DNA of 32,000 nt from NCBI RefSeq assembly GCF_059730245.1, contig NZ_AP029605.1; one strand, written 5' to 3'. Positions 1 to 9,110 of this stretch are shown one piece after another (within the stretch, counting starts at the first letter, position 1; each line of letters starts with the position of its first letter). Made by a program: the position numbers and the translations under genes. The notes below the pieces were generated by a model. It worked only from the letters and a program-made list of their open reading frames with translations, was not told the origin of the DNA and did no database searches.

Positions 1-257
1 GGAGAGCATCATTTATTATAACTTATATATCGAGAAGAAAAGAAAAAATTTCATTTCGTGTCAGATATGTTAGTTATGGTAATTTGCATTATAAGCGCCT
101 TGAGATTTTCATTTATGATGTTAACCTTGAGGCGGTTCCGATAGAAAGTCCTGGATCAACCGGACCAAAAAGAAAAACCTACCGAGTTGGTAATGGTATT
201 GTGGGACAGTCTAATATCTGGAACGAAATGATCTTGAGGCGGAAAAAGGAGAGTTAG
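1..257 (+). CDS. grlA: GrlA, positive regulator of LEE (3' part only, truncated by window start)
   Basis: Reading frame 3 is open from base 3 to TAG at 255-257: RASFIITYISRRKEKISFRVRYVSYGNLHYKRLEIFIYDVNLEAVPIESPGSTGPKRKTYRVGNGIVGQSNIWNEMILRRKKES*. It matches the recalled C-terminus of GrlA and sits next to cesD as in the LEE. It is absent from the supplied ORF track because it has no start in the window. Confidence 0.9.
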   Translation, partial: RASFIITYISRRKEKISFRVRYVSYGNLHYKRLEIFIYDVNLEAVPIESPGSTGPKRKTYRVGNGIVGQSNIWNEMILRRKKES

Positions 258-599
258 ACGTAATTTTTTGAGTATATTTTATAGAAGAATAAAAATAAAG
301 CTATATTTAAGGGTTTTGTTTTCCAGGGTAAGCCTTTTTCTCGGCTAAAGTTTGAAGGTCATTTCCTGACAAATATACTCTGAGCTATAGATGATTGGAA
401 AGATCAGATTTCTAATGCTAAGTTAAGATATACAGATTGTTTCATAAACGGAAATGATATTAAATACAGCAGAAGATAGTTCAGGGCATAAAATCCTGGT
501 TAATGGAATAACCCCACACCTGTAGATAAATCTACCAGTGGTCGGTGCTCAACTTTGGGAGCACTTCACTATAGCAGCTTTATTATTTCCGATAGAAAA

Positions 600-618
600 T
601 CCCCAGTCAGCCTGGGGA
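600..618. terminator. Hairpin between convergent grlA and cesD, probable (bidirectional) terminator
   Basis: tccccag-tcagc-ctgggga gives a perfect 7-bp stem. It lies in a convergent intergenic region just past the cesD stop. Confidence 0.5.
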
Positions 619-640
619 TTGGTATAGCTGATGGTAGTTT

Positions 641-1096
641 TTACTCTGTATTACCTAACAATTTTTTAATATTTTCTTTATATGTAGTGTATTTTTCTTT
701 TTCATTACACCACATTAAACAAGCCTTAAAGGCTTTCTTGGCCATTTTCTTATTTCCGACGAGTAAGTAGCTAATTCCAGAATAATAAGATGCCCTGGGA
801 TCTTGCATAACTAAAGTTGCACAGCGTGCGAAACACAGTTGTGCATCTTCATGATTTGATAAACGCTGATGGCATAAGCCCAGAGATAAGGTGTAGTCAT
901 AATTCCAGTGTTCCAGATATGTGAGCAAATGGAATAGATTTCTTGCGGTTATTACATCACCAGATTGATATGCTGTATAGGCATAAGAATGAAGGTCATT
1001 GAGATCTTGTTGTGTCAGATTTGTTAATGACGCTAATGTGCCACCATCCTGGTAGAAATCATAAATATCCTCTAGAGAGCTAAATTTCCTGCTCAT
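641..1096 (-). CDS. cesD: CesD, type III secretion chaperone (LEE2), 151 aa
   Basis: Full-length ORF MSRKFSSLEDIYDFYQDGG... with TPR-like class II chaperone character; last gene of LEE2 next to escC. Confidence 0.93.
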   Translation of the reverse strand: MSRKFSSLEDIYDFYQDGGTLASLTNLTQQDLNDLHSYAYTAYQSGDVITARNLFHLLTYLEHWNYDYTLSLGLCHQRLSNHEDAQLCFARCATLVMQDPRASYYSGISYLLVGNKKMAKKAFKACLMWCNEKEKYTTYKENIKKLLGNTE

Positions 1097-1109
1097 AAAG
1101 CCTCATTTA

Positions 1110-2648
1110 TTATTCGCTAGATGCAGATTTTATCGGGGTTGCTTTAATTAAAAAGAGTCGAACAACACTATGTTTTTGTTTTACCGTACTGGAGAATAAA
1201 CTACCAATAACAGGAATGTCGCTTAACAGCGGTATACCATCTTTACTTGAACTTTCTTTATCTTGGATAAATCCGCCAAGTAATAAACTTTCTCCTGCAC
1301 TTAATGTCGCTTCTGTTGTCATTTCTGAATTTTGTACTTCAGGTAAGGTGCTGCTGGCATCCTGAGCATTGCTTTGGTTAGTCGATTGATTGCCATCCTG
1401 AATATCAAGTAACAAACGAACTCGTTCCCGACGTTTTCCGGTAAGACTATTCGAGCTGTCATCAAGTATACGTGGTGTCACTCTCAGCAATGTTCCGCTT
1501 GTAATACTTTCCAGAGACGCCACCTTTTCTCCGGAGACTTTTGTATAAAACGTTACGTTTTTATCAAGAATCGCCTGCATATTATTTAAGGTTATAATTG
1601 ACGGCTGAGAGAGTATTTTAGCTTTCGAGTTCTGTTGTAACGCATTCACCCTAATCATAAAATTACTGGCATTACTTATCACAGAAGAGCTGATATTAGC
1701 CTGTGCGGTAGAGCTATTAAAGGCAATCGTACCTTGTCCTGCATTTAACGTACCGGACCAGTTTACGCCGAGCTGCTGAAGATCGTTTGCATCAACATCA
1801 ATAATTGAGACAGAAATTTCAATTTGCCTTTGTTCAATATCAAGCTCAGAAATTAATTGCTGATAGATATCCATCGTTATTTCGCGGTCTTTTACAACAA
1901 CTGCATTAAGACGTGGATCAGCGGAAATCGTTACACTGTTATCAAACAGGTTACCGCTTCGCTCGACGGCACCTTTACCGGTACTGGGAAGCGAACCATT
2001 ACTTGCCATTGTCTTCAGAATGGAGACAACACCTGGGACGACAACATTTTGGTCACGGTATTTGTATGTTATATCTGTCGCTGACGCATAGTTCAGTTTA
2101 AAGACCTTAACAACATCTTTATTTTTGGCTTTAGACTGTGCCTCTTTATCAAGACTTTCTGATAAAGATGTAATATATTTTATACATTCAGGAACACCCC
2201 GAACTTCAATCGAGTTAAATGTCGTAATTTTTCTCACATTGCAAGAGTTTTTGTTTACTGAGATTGTATCACTCAGATATTTTAGCAGTGAGTCAATATC
2301 CAGATATGTTGGTGTAATTATACTTCTTGATATTTCATTTGTTTTATAAATATACAAGATGTTCTCATCATAATACCATGTGAGATGATAGAGTTTGGAC
2401 AGTTTTTCCAGTACTTTTACAGGTTTTTCATTTTTTATTTCGCCAGAGAAATCATCATTCACGGAACTACTGATGAAAACAGGAATGCTGTAGTTAGCAG
2501 CAAAGTCATTAAGGATTGCACGTACTGGAGAACTTTTAGTAATAATAAAATATTCGTTCTTGCCTAATCTTTTTTCCAGAGAGGACGGGGCAGCTTGTGC
2601 ACTGCAGCAAAATAGTGCTGTAAAAATAAAAAAACTTATTTTTTTCAT
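1110..2648 (-). CDS. escC: EscC, T3SS outer-membrane secretin, 512 aa
   Basis: Signal peptide, N0/N1-like domains and C-terminal secretin motif (...LSAGESLLLGGFIQDKES...GIPLLSDIPVIGSLF...). Confidence 0.95.
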   Translation of the reverse strand: MKKISFFIFTALFCCSAQAAPSSLEKRLGKNEYFIITKSSPVRAILNDFAANYSIPVFISSSVNDDFSGEIKNEKPVKVLEKLSKLYHLTWYYDENILYIYKTNEISRSIITPTYLDIDSLLKYLSDTISVNKNSCNVRKITTFNSIEVRGVPECIKYITSLSESLDKEAQSKAKNKDVVKVFKLNYASATDITYKYRDQNVVVPGVVSILKTMASNGSLPSTGKGAVERSGNLFDNSVTISADPRLNAVVVKDREITMDIYQQLISELDIEQRQIEISVSIIDVDANDLQQLGVNWSGTLNAGQGTIAFNSSTAQANISSSVISNASNFMIRVNALQQNSKAKILSQPSIITLNNMQAILDKNVTFYTKVSGEKVASLESITSGTLLRVTPRILDDSSNSLTGKRRERVRLLLDIQDGNQSTNQSNAQDASSTLPEVQNSEMTTEATLSAGESLLLGGFIQDKESSSKDGIPLLSDIPVIGSLFSSTVKQKHSVVRLFLIKATPIKSASSE

Positions 2649-3103
2649 TACACAATTCGTCCTATATCAGAAAACAAGTGTGTTGGCGGCATCATTGTAT
2701 CTGATGAAGATGATTGCTCTAGTTTATCAAATTGCTTGTCGAGCAACGAGGCGAGAGTATGTTGCATTATTGCTTTTGACATGTTTGCGCGATGATTATT
2801 ATCTTTATGAAAAATTTGGCAAAGATACCACTTCTTATTAGACAGGAAAATACCCATTTGTTTATATTCTTTACTAACGGCCAGGATATTGCAGAGTCTG
2901 ATAAATGTATCTGTTGGAATCTGACGAAAATCACCACTAAGCTCGATATATAGAACCCAGTAGTTTCCAAAATCGTGCAAGAAAGCATTTTTTTGGTAGA
3001 TATAAAAAGTGAGATGCGTTGGTGAACCGTTGACATCCTTTACAAAATCAAGGGCCGTTAGCCAGTCACAATCATTCTTTGCTATGCCATTATTATTGTT
3101 CAT
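2648..3103 (-). CDS. sepD: SepD, T3SS switch/gatekeeper partner, 151 aa
   Basis: Position between escC and escJ, length 151 aa, recalled SepD sequence MNNNNGIAKNDCDWLTALDFVKDVNGSP... Confidence 0.92.
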   Translation of the reverse strand: MNNNNGIAKNDCDWLTALDFVKDVNGSPTHLTFYIYQKNAFLHDFGNYWVLYIELSGDFRQIPTDTFIRLCNILAVSKEYKQMGIFLSNKKWYLCQIFHKDNNHRANMSKAIMQHTLASLLDKQFDKLEQSSSSDTMMPPTHLFSDIGRIV

Positions 3104-3108
3104 ACATA

Positions 3109-3681
3109 TTACCCGTCCTGTCCTGAGGATGACTTGATAACAACACTAATATTTTCTAATTTGAGATCGTCGACACTATTCTTAACCAGGTTTTTTATCT
3201 GAATGACCGATGGTGCTAAGTTAACCTCTGGCGAGCTGATGACTAAAACGGCTGCTGAGGATGGTTGACTTTCGTTATTGTTAACATTTAATGAAACGCT
3301 GCAATCGATAACACCGGGTATTTTACTTAGCAACCTTTCGATGTCTTGTTCTTTGAGATAGTTGATTTTTGCATTTTCTTGTGATGGCGATGCCACTAAC
3401 TGGCTGGGTGGGAAAATAACCTCGATATCTGCAAATTTCTTTTTCGGGAAGCCGTTATTATTTAAAATCGTTATTGCGCGAACAAAATCCTCTTTTTCCA
3501 CACTGAGTGTCATATTTCCACTTTTGTCCATTTCTTTGGAAACATTGACATCATTGGATAGCAACAGTGCTTGCATCTGATTAGCTTCTTTTTCTGTTAA
3601 TCCTGTATACAATTGCTCTTTACATGCCACTGTCAAACAAATAGCAGCCAATAAAAAAAGGTTTTTAATGTGTTTTTTCAT
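3109..3681 (-). CDS. escJ: EscJ, T3SS inner-ring lipoprotein, 190 aa
   Basis: Lipobox LFLLAAICLTVAC and YscJ/PrgK family sequence (LYTGLTEKEANQMQALLLSNDVNV...). Confidence 0.95.
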   Translation of the reverse strand: MKKHIKNLFLLAAICLTVACKEQLYTGLTEKEANQMQALLLSNDVNVSKEMDKSGNMTLSVEKEDFVRAITILNNNGFPKKKFADIEVIFPPSQLVASPSQENAKINYLKEQDIERLLSKIPGVIDCSVSLNVNNNESQPSSAAVLVISSPEVNLAPSVIQIKNLVKNSVDDLKLENISVVIKSSSGQDG

Positions 3682-3683
3682 TT

Positions 3684-4112
3684 TTATTGCATCGAAACTA
3701 ATTTTGTAACCGATGTTGAAAGGAGGCTTGCTAACTTAGATACGACATCAACATTGACGTTTGCGTTGAGCACATTCTTTTGTAAAGTGAGTACATCTTC
3801 GGGCGAGAGCCCACCTGCAGATAGTGCATCGAAACTGAGATCGGTGTTCATTGTTGCAAGATGTCGCTTTTTAATTTCTTCAATCAACACTTGTTCTGGG
3901 GAAGACACTCCCGCTGTTTTAGGGAGTAATTGATCAAGAAACTGAGCCGCTCCGGCTGCAGAGGGGGTTGATGCTAACGGGATATGCTCATCAACGACAT
4001 TTGTTTGGGATGCTTTATTTAACTGAATATTAATGTTTTCCGATTGATTAATATTATTCATATTTACTGTTAGTCTCTTTTCATGAGAGAGGCAATAGCA
4101 TAATGCATCCAT
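3684..4112 (-). CDS. escI: EscI, T3SS inner-rod protein, 142 aa
   Basis: LEE2 position upstream of escJ; length and sequence (MDALCYCLSHEKRLTVNMNN...) as expected for EscI. Confidence 0.9.
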   Translation of the reverse strand: MDALCYCLSHEKRLTVNMNNINQSENINIQLNKASQTNVVDEHIPLASTPSAAGAAQFLDQLLPKTAGVSSPEQVLIEEIKKRHLATMNTDLSFDALSAGGLSPEDVLTLQKNVLNANVNVDVVSKLASLLSTSVTKLVSMQ

Positions 4113-4141
4113 TACCTCTCTATTTTTATGCGATGCGATGA

Positions 4142-4435
4142 TTAGGCATATTTCATCGCTAATCCGCCGGCAACAGTAGTTACGCCACCTAATACACCGG
4201 CTGCGATTCCTAAGCCTAATCTTTGAGGGTCGTCAACACACATTGCTGCGATACCAGTACCGATAGCGGCTAGAACACCTGCACCTATTAAAACTCCACC
4301 CAGGATTCTAACGCTGCGACTTGTTCCACCTTCTGACTGCATCACCCCTGTCTTCTCATCCACTGGATTATTTCCATTGATTGTGGCTGCCAGTGGTAAT
4401 ACTGCACCAGAAGGGCTTAAATTTGCTGCTTCCAT
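4142..4435 (-). CDS. espZ: EspZ (SepZ), translocated effector, 97 aa
   Basis: First gene of LEE2; small protein with two hydrophobic glycine-rich helices (ILGGVLIGAGVLAAIGTGIAAM / LGLGIAAGVLGGVTTVAGGLAM). Confidence 0.9.
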   Translation of the reverse strand: MEAANLSPSGAVLPLAATINGNNPVDEKTGVMQSEGGTSRSVRILGGVLIGAGVLAAIGTGIAAMCVDDPQRLGLGIAAGVLGGVTTVAGGLAMKYA

Positions 4436-4619
4436 TGATCTTTCTCCTTTTGTCTAATTTAGACATTTACCTGGTTATAAATAACCAAATTATCCCATAG
4501 GCAACTATTATATTATTTAAATAGTTGCAATGTACATAAAGTACATATACTGTATATATTATCCAATACGCTTTTTCAAGCAATAATATTCACACGTATA
4601 CTTACTTCAGAGCCTGCAG
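4436..4619. promoter_or_regulatory. Divergent LEE2/LEE3 promoter region
   Basis: 184-bp AT-rich intergenic region between divergent espZ and cesL. It contains a plausible plus-strand promoter (TTGCAA at 4525-4530, 17-bp spacer, TACTGT at 4548-4553) and nested inverted repeats. Assignment is from LEE architecture; transcription start sites were not mapped. Confidence 0.6.
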
Positions 4620-4973
4620 ATGAATCTTTTAGTTAAAAGAAATGTTGAAGAGTTTTTAAAATTGTTGGGAAGTGATTTTTATTTATTTGATAACCGTGTT
4701 GAAATTGATTTTAATGGGTTTTCTTTTTTTATTGAAATAATTGATAATAATGTTTTTGTTACGTTTGCTTTAGAGTATAACGAAAACGCATTTTTCTCTT
4801 TCTTTAGTGCCCTTGCTCCTGAGCGTACGCAGGGAGTGATTGAACATATTTTTGTCTACGATAATAAATTGTGCTTAAGTTGTTTGTTAACCAATATCGA
4901 TGTTTTTTTTCTAATGAATACTTTTCAACAGCATGTGCAGATTATTGAGCGCGTTCGCAGGATGACATCATGA
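4620..4973 (+). CDS. cesL: Orf12 / Mpc / CesL, SepL chaperone, first gene of LEE3, 117 aa
   Basis: Immediately upstream of and overlapping escV; length 117 aa; acidic small protein typical of class I chaperones. Confidence 0.82.
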   Translation: MNLLVKRNVEEFLKLLGSDFYLFDNRVEIDFNGFSFFIEIIDNNVFVTFALEYNENAFFSFFSALAPERTQGVIEHIFVYDNKLCLSCLLTNIDVFFLMNTFQQHVQIIERVRRMTS

Positions 4974-6997
4974 ATAAACTCTTAAATATATTTAAAAAAG
5001 CAGAGTCATATCACGATCTTATTCTGGCTCTCTTCTTCTTTATGGCTGTAATGATGATGATTATTCCACTACCAACAGTTGTGGTGGATATCATTATCGC
5101 GATTAATATTTCGACAGCTTTACTTTTATTAATGCTCTCAATCTATATAAAAAATCCTCTTGAACTAACTTCTTTCCCCACAATCCTGTTGATTACGACG
5201 TTGATGCGCCTGTCGCTCAGTGTTAGTACAACCAGACTTATTCTGCTGCATCACGATGCGGGTGACATTATTTACTCCTTCGGTAACTTTGTTGTTGGCG
5301 GTAATATTGTTGTTGGCCTGGTTATTTTTACTATTATCACCATTGTTCAATTTATGGTTATTACAAAAGGGGCCGAGCGTGTTGCTGAAGTGAGTGCTCG
5401 TTTTTCCCTTGATGGTATGCCAGGAAAGCAAATGAGTATTGATGGTGATATGCGCGCAGGCGTTATTGACCCGCTTGAGGCAAAAGTTCTTCGCTCCCGA
5501 GTGCAAAAGGAAAGCCAGTTTTATGGTTCAATGGACGGGGCGATGAAGTTTGTAAAAGGGGACGCTATTGCTGGTATCATTATTGTTTTAGTTAACCTTT
5601 TTGGTGGCGTGCTCATTGGTATGTGGCAATTTGACATGCCATTTAGTGAGGCACTTAGCCTGTTTTCTGTATTGTCTGTCGGTGATGCTTTGGTTGCCCA
5701 GATCCCTGCGCTTATTATTTCTGTCACCGCGGGCGTGGTTGTTACTCGTGTGCCCGGTGAAAGCGAAAAAGAAGAAAACCTTGCAGGTGATATTGTTCAA
5801 CAGGTTTCTGTTAATAGTCGCCCTTTTTTAATCAGTGCCGCACTAATGCTCGTAATGGCGATTATTCCGGGCTTTCCTACATTGGTCTTCTTATTTCTGG
5901 CGGTTTGCCTGTTGGGGATAGCCTGGAAATTACAGAAGAAAAGAACATTTGGAACTGGCAATAATAAGGATGCTATGGGAGCTGATTTGTCTAATAGCCA
6001 AAACATCTCACCGGGCGCTGAGCCATTGATTTTAAACTTAAGTAGTAATATTTATAGTTCAGACATTACACAGCAAATTGAGGTCATGCGTTGGAATTTC
6101 TTTGAGGAAAGTGGAATTCCATTGCCTAAGATTATTGTTAATCCGGTTAAAAATAATGATAGCGCAATAGAATTTTTGCTCTATCAAGAGTCAATATACA
6201 AGGATACTCTTATAGATGATACTGTCTATTTTGAGGCTGGGCATGCAGAGATATCATTCGAATTTGTCCAGGAAAAGCTTTCGACTAACTCTATCGTATA
6301 TAAGACGAATAAGACTAATCAACAGCTCGCTCACCTTACAGGTATGGATGTTTATGCAACAACAAATGATAAGATAACGTTTTTGCTAAAGAAACTTGTA
6401 TTGTCTAATGCCAAAGAGTTCATCGGCGTACAAGAAACGCGTTATTTGATGGACATCATGGAGAGAAAATATAACGAGCTTGTGAAAGAGCTGCAGCGCC
6501 AGCTTGGTTTGAGCAAAATTGTTGACATCCTACAACGTCTCGTAGAGGAAAATGTCTCAATTAGAGACCTGAGAACTATCTTTGAGACGCTTATTTTTTG
6601 GTCAGCAAAAGAAAAGGATGTGGTTATCTTGTGCGAATACGTTCGTATCGCCCTGCGTCGGCATATTTTAGGTCGCTATAGCGTTAGCGGTACACTTCTG
6701 AACGTTTGGCTTATTGGCTCTGATATTGAAAATGAGCTACGAGAGTCGATCAGACAAACGTCATCAGGTTCGTATCTGAATATCTCACCGGAGCGAACTG
6801 AGCAGATAATTGGCTTCTTAAAAAATATCATGAATCCAACGGGGAACGGCGTCATTCTGACCGCTTTAGATATCAGGCGCTATGTGAAGAAAATGATTGA
6901 AGGTTCGTTCCCGTCAGTCCCCGTGCTCTCTTTTCAGGAGGTTGGGAATAATATCGAACTTAAAGTATTAGGAACGGTAAATGATTTCAGAGCATGA
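4970..6997 (+). CDS. escV: EscV, T3SS export gate (FHIPEP/LcrD family), 675 aa
   Basis: Multiple N-terminal TM helices plus FHIPEP hallmark (GAERVAEVSARFSLDGMPGKQMSIDGDMRAG). Confidence 0.97.
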   Translation: MNKLLNIFKKAESYHDLILALFFFMAVMMMIIPLPTVVVDIIIAINISTALLLLMLSIYIKNPLELTSFPTILLITTLMRLSLSVSTTRLILLHHDAGDIIYSFGNFVVGGNIVVGLVIFTIITIVQFMVITKGAERVAEVSARFSLDGMPGKQMSIDGDMRAGVIDPLEAKVLRSRVQKESQFYGSMDGAMKFVKGDAIAGIIIVLVNLFGGVLIGMWQFDMPFSEALSLFSVLSVGDALVAQIPALIISVTAGVVVTRVPGESEKEENLAGDIVQQVSVNSRPFLISAALMLVMAIIPGFPTLVFLFLAVCLLGIAWKLQKKRTFGTGNNKDAMGADLSNSQNISPGAEPLILNLSSNIYSSDITQQIEVMRWNFFEESGIPLPKIIVNPVKNNDSAIEFLLYQESIYKDTLIDDTVYFEAGHAEISFEFVQEKLSTNSIVYKTNKTNQQLAHLTGMDVYATTNDKITFLLKKLVLSNAKEFIGVQETRYLMDIMERKYNELVKELQRQLGLSKIVDILQRLVEENVSIRDLRTIFETLIFWSAKEKDVVILCEYVRIALRRHILGRYSVSGTLLNVWLIGSDIENELRESIRQTSSGSYLNISPERTEQIIGFLKNIMNPTGNGVILTALDIRRYVKKMIEGSFPSVPVLSFQEVGNNIELKVLGTVNDFRA

Positions 6998-8321
6998 TTC
7001 TGTATTGGAAAAATACCCACGTATTCAGAAAGTGCTCAATAGCACTGTGCCGGCATTATCATTAAATTCGTCTACCAGATATGAAGGCAAGATTATCAAT
7101 ATCGGCGGGACGATTATTAAGGCGCGTTTACCAAAAGCGCGTATTGGCGCCTTTTACAAGATAGAACCCAGTCAACGTTTAGCCGAGGTGATCGCTATTG
7201 ATGAAGATGAGGTTTTCTTGTTGCCTTTTGAGCATGTTTCCGGCATGTACTGTGGTCAGTGGTTAAGTTATCAGGGGGATGAGTTCAAGATTCGTGTTGG
7301 AGACGCACTACTTGGGCGGCTTGTTGATGGCATAGGCAGACCAATGGAGAGTAATATTGTTGCCCCCTATCTTCCGTTTGAACGCAGCTTGTATGCTGAA
7401 CCACCAGATCCTTTATTAAGGCAGGTTATTGATCAGCCATTTATACTTGGCGTCAGGGCAATTGATGGGCTACTAACTTGCGGTATTGGGCAGCGTATCG
7501 GTATTTTTGCTGGTTCAGGCGTTGGTAAAAGTACGCTTTTGGGGATGATTTGTAATGGCGCATCCGCAGATATTATTGTCCTTGCTCTTATCGGCGAACG
7601 TGGTCGCGAAGTAAATGAATTCCTCGCGCTTTTACCTCAATCCACGCTTTCTAAATGTGTGCTGGTCGTCACAACGTCAGACCGCCCCGCGCTGGAAAGG
7701 ATGAAAGCCGCATTTACGGCGACGACTATTGCAGAGTACTTCCGCGATCAAGGTAAAAATGTATTATTAATGATGGATTCTGTAACTCGTTATGCCCGAG
7801 CCGCGCGTGATGTTGGGCTTGCATCGGGAGAGCCTGATGTAAGGGGGGGATTCCCTCCGAGTGTTTTTTCTTCGTTACCCAAATTATTAGAGCGAGCGGG
7901 GCCTGCGCCAAAAGGTTCAATAACCGCGATTTATACGGTGTTGTTAGAAAGCGATAATGTTAATGATCCTATTGGCGATGAAGTCCGCTCTATTCTTGAT
8001 GGGCACATCGTACTTACCCGAGAACTTGCAGAGGAAAACCATTTCCCTGCAATTGATATTGGTTTAAGTGCCAGTCGTGTTATGCATAACGTTGTTACAT
8101 CGGAGCATTTGCGTGCGGCGGCAGAATGCAAAAAGCTTATTGCAACTTATAAAAATGTTGAGCTGCTTATTCGTATTGGTGAGTACACGATGGGGCAAGA
8201 TCCTGAAGCAGATAAGGCAATAAAAAATAGGAAATTAATTCAGAACTTTATACAACAAAGCACCAAAGATATCAGTAGTTACGAAAAAACGATTGAAAGC
8301 CTATTCAAAGTGGTTGCCTGA
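6981..8321 (+). CDS. escN: EscN, T3SS ATPase, 446 aa
   Basis: Walker A GIFAGSGVGKSTLLGMI; Walker B VLLMMDSVTRYARAARDVGLASGEP; FliI/YscN family. Confidence 0.97.
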   Translation: MISEHDSVLEKYPRIQKVLNSTVPALSLNSSTRYEGKIINIGGTIIKARLPKARIGAFYKIEPSQRLAEVIAIDEDEVFLLPFEHVSGMYCGQWLSYQGDEFKIRVGDALLGRLVDGIGRPMESNIVAPYLPFERSLYAEPPDPLLRQVIDQPFILGVRAIDGLLTCGIGQRIGIFAGSGVGKSTLLGMICNGASADIIVLALIGERGREVNEFLALLPQSTLSKCVLVVTTSDRPALERMKAAFTATTIAEYFRDQGKNVLLMMDSVTRYARAARDVGLASGEPDVRGGFPPSVFSSLPKLLERAGPAPKGSITAIYTVLLESDNVNDPIGDEVRSILDGHIVLTRELAEENHFPAIDIGLSASRVMHNVVTSEHLRAAAECKKLIATYKNVELLIRIGEYTMGQDPEADKAIKNRKLIQNFIQQSTKDISSYEKTIESLFKVVA

Positions 8322-8323
8322 GT

Positions 8324-8701
8324 ATGTTGGACAGAATTTTATCTATTCGTAAAAGCAGAGCGAACCGATTGAGAGAATCAATGGCTAAGATTAACTCTCA
8401 GATAAAAGAGGTGGATGGTAAACTCGATGACTGCGAGCAATCCATTAGAGAGTCGATTGCCTCTAAGCAGGCGTATTGTGCATCGCTGGTGAATTTGGAT
8501 AAAGTGTCGTTGTATAAATATCAGATTAAAAACAATGCATTTGATGAGCAAAAGCAGCGATTGTATGAGAAAAAATCTTCACTTTCGAAGGAAAAGCGTT
8601 CATTGCTAGATTCACAAAAACGAACAAAAGAGAATCTGCAACATGTTAATAAATCAGTAGAAAAATTATCTTTTGCCATAAAGGAACATTACTTTGACTA
8701 G
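8324..8701 (+). CDS. escO: EscO, T3SS stalk protein (YscO/FliJ-like), 125 aa
   Basis: Coiled-coil, Lys/Glu-rich small protein directly after escN (orf15 position). Confidence 0.9.
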   Translation: MLDRILSIRKSRANRLRESMAKINSQIKEVDGKLDDCEQSIRESIASKQAYCASLVNLDKVSLYKYQIKNNAFDEQKQRLYEKKSSLSKEKRSLLDSQKRTKENLQHVNKSVEKLSFAIKEHYFD

Positions 8702-9110
8702 AGTTTCTCTAAAAAGAAATTTGATAGAGCCTGTTTCTTTTCGGCCATCAGATGATTGGCCGCAAGGAGAAGAAAGTTTTAATGATATTTTTTATCATAT
8801 AAAAAAAAGATCGCCTGATACGTTGTTCATACGAATGGCTTCTTTATGGAAGAGATTGTTTTACTCCTCGGGCCGAAGACGACGCTACTTTGAAGAAGGG
8901 GAGCACTCGTTTAGTATTCTTTGTGGAAGATTACGAGGAATTGTTTTAACAATTAAATGTAGTAACGGAATCGTTTATCTGTCTATTAAAATAAGCCCAA
9001 ATAATAGAAATCATGTTTTTTTATATCATAAAAAAGACTATGTTTTCGATAAGTTAAAAGAAATCTTTCCTGATGAAGCCATTGAGTTCACAATTGAATA
9101 TGAAAATTAA
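8694..9110 (+). CDS. escP: EscP, needle-length regulator, 138 aa
   Basis: orf16 position between escO and sepQ; expected size. Confidence 0.88.
   Translation: MTRVSLKRNLIEPVSFRPSDDWPQGEESFNDIFYHIKKRSPDTLFIRMASLWKRLFYSSGRRRRYFEEGEHSFSILCGRLRGIVLTIKCSNGIVYLSIKISPNNRNHVFLYHKKDYVFDKLKEIFPDEAIEFTIEYEN

Noticed and set aside
555-770. 71-aa plus-strand ORF
   Set aside because: It overlaps the 3' end of cesD in antisense and spans the intergenic hairpin; no RBS or family signal.
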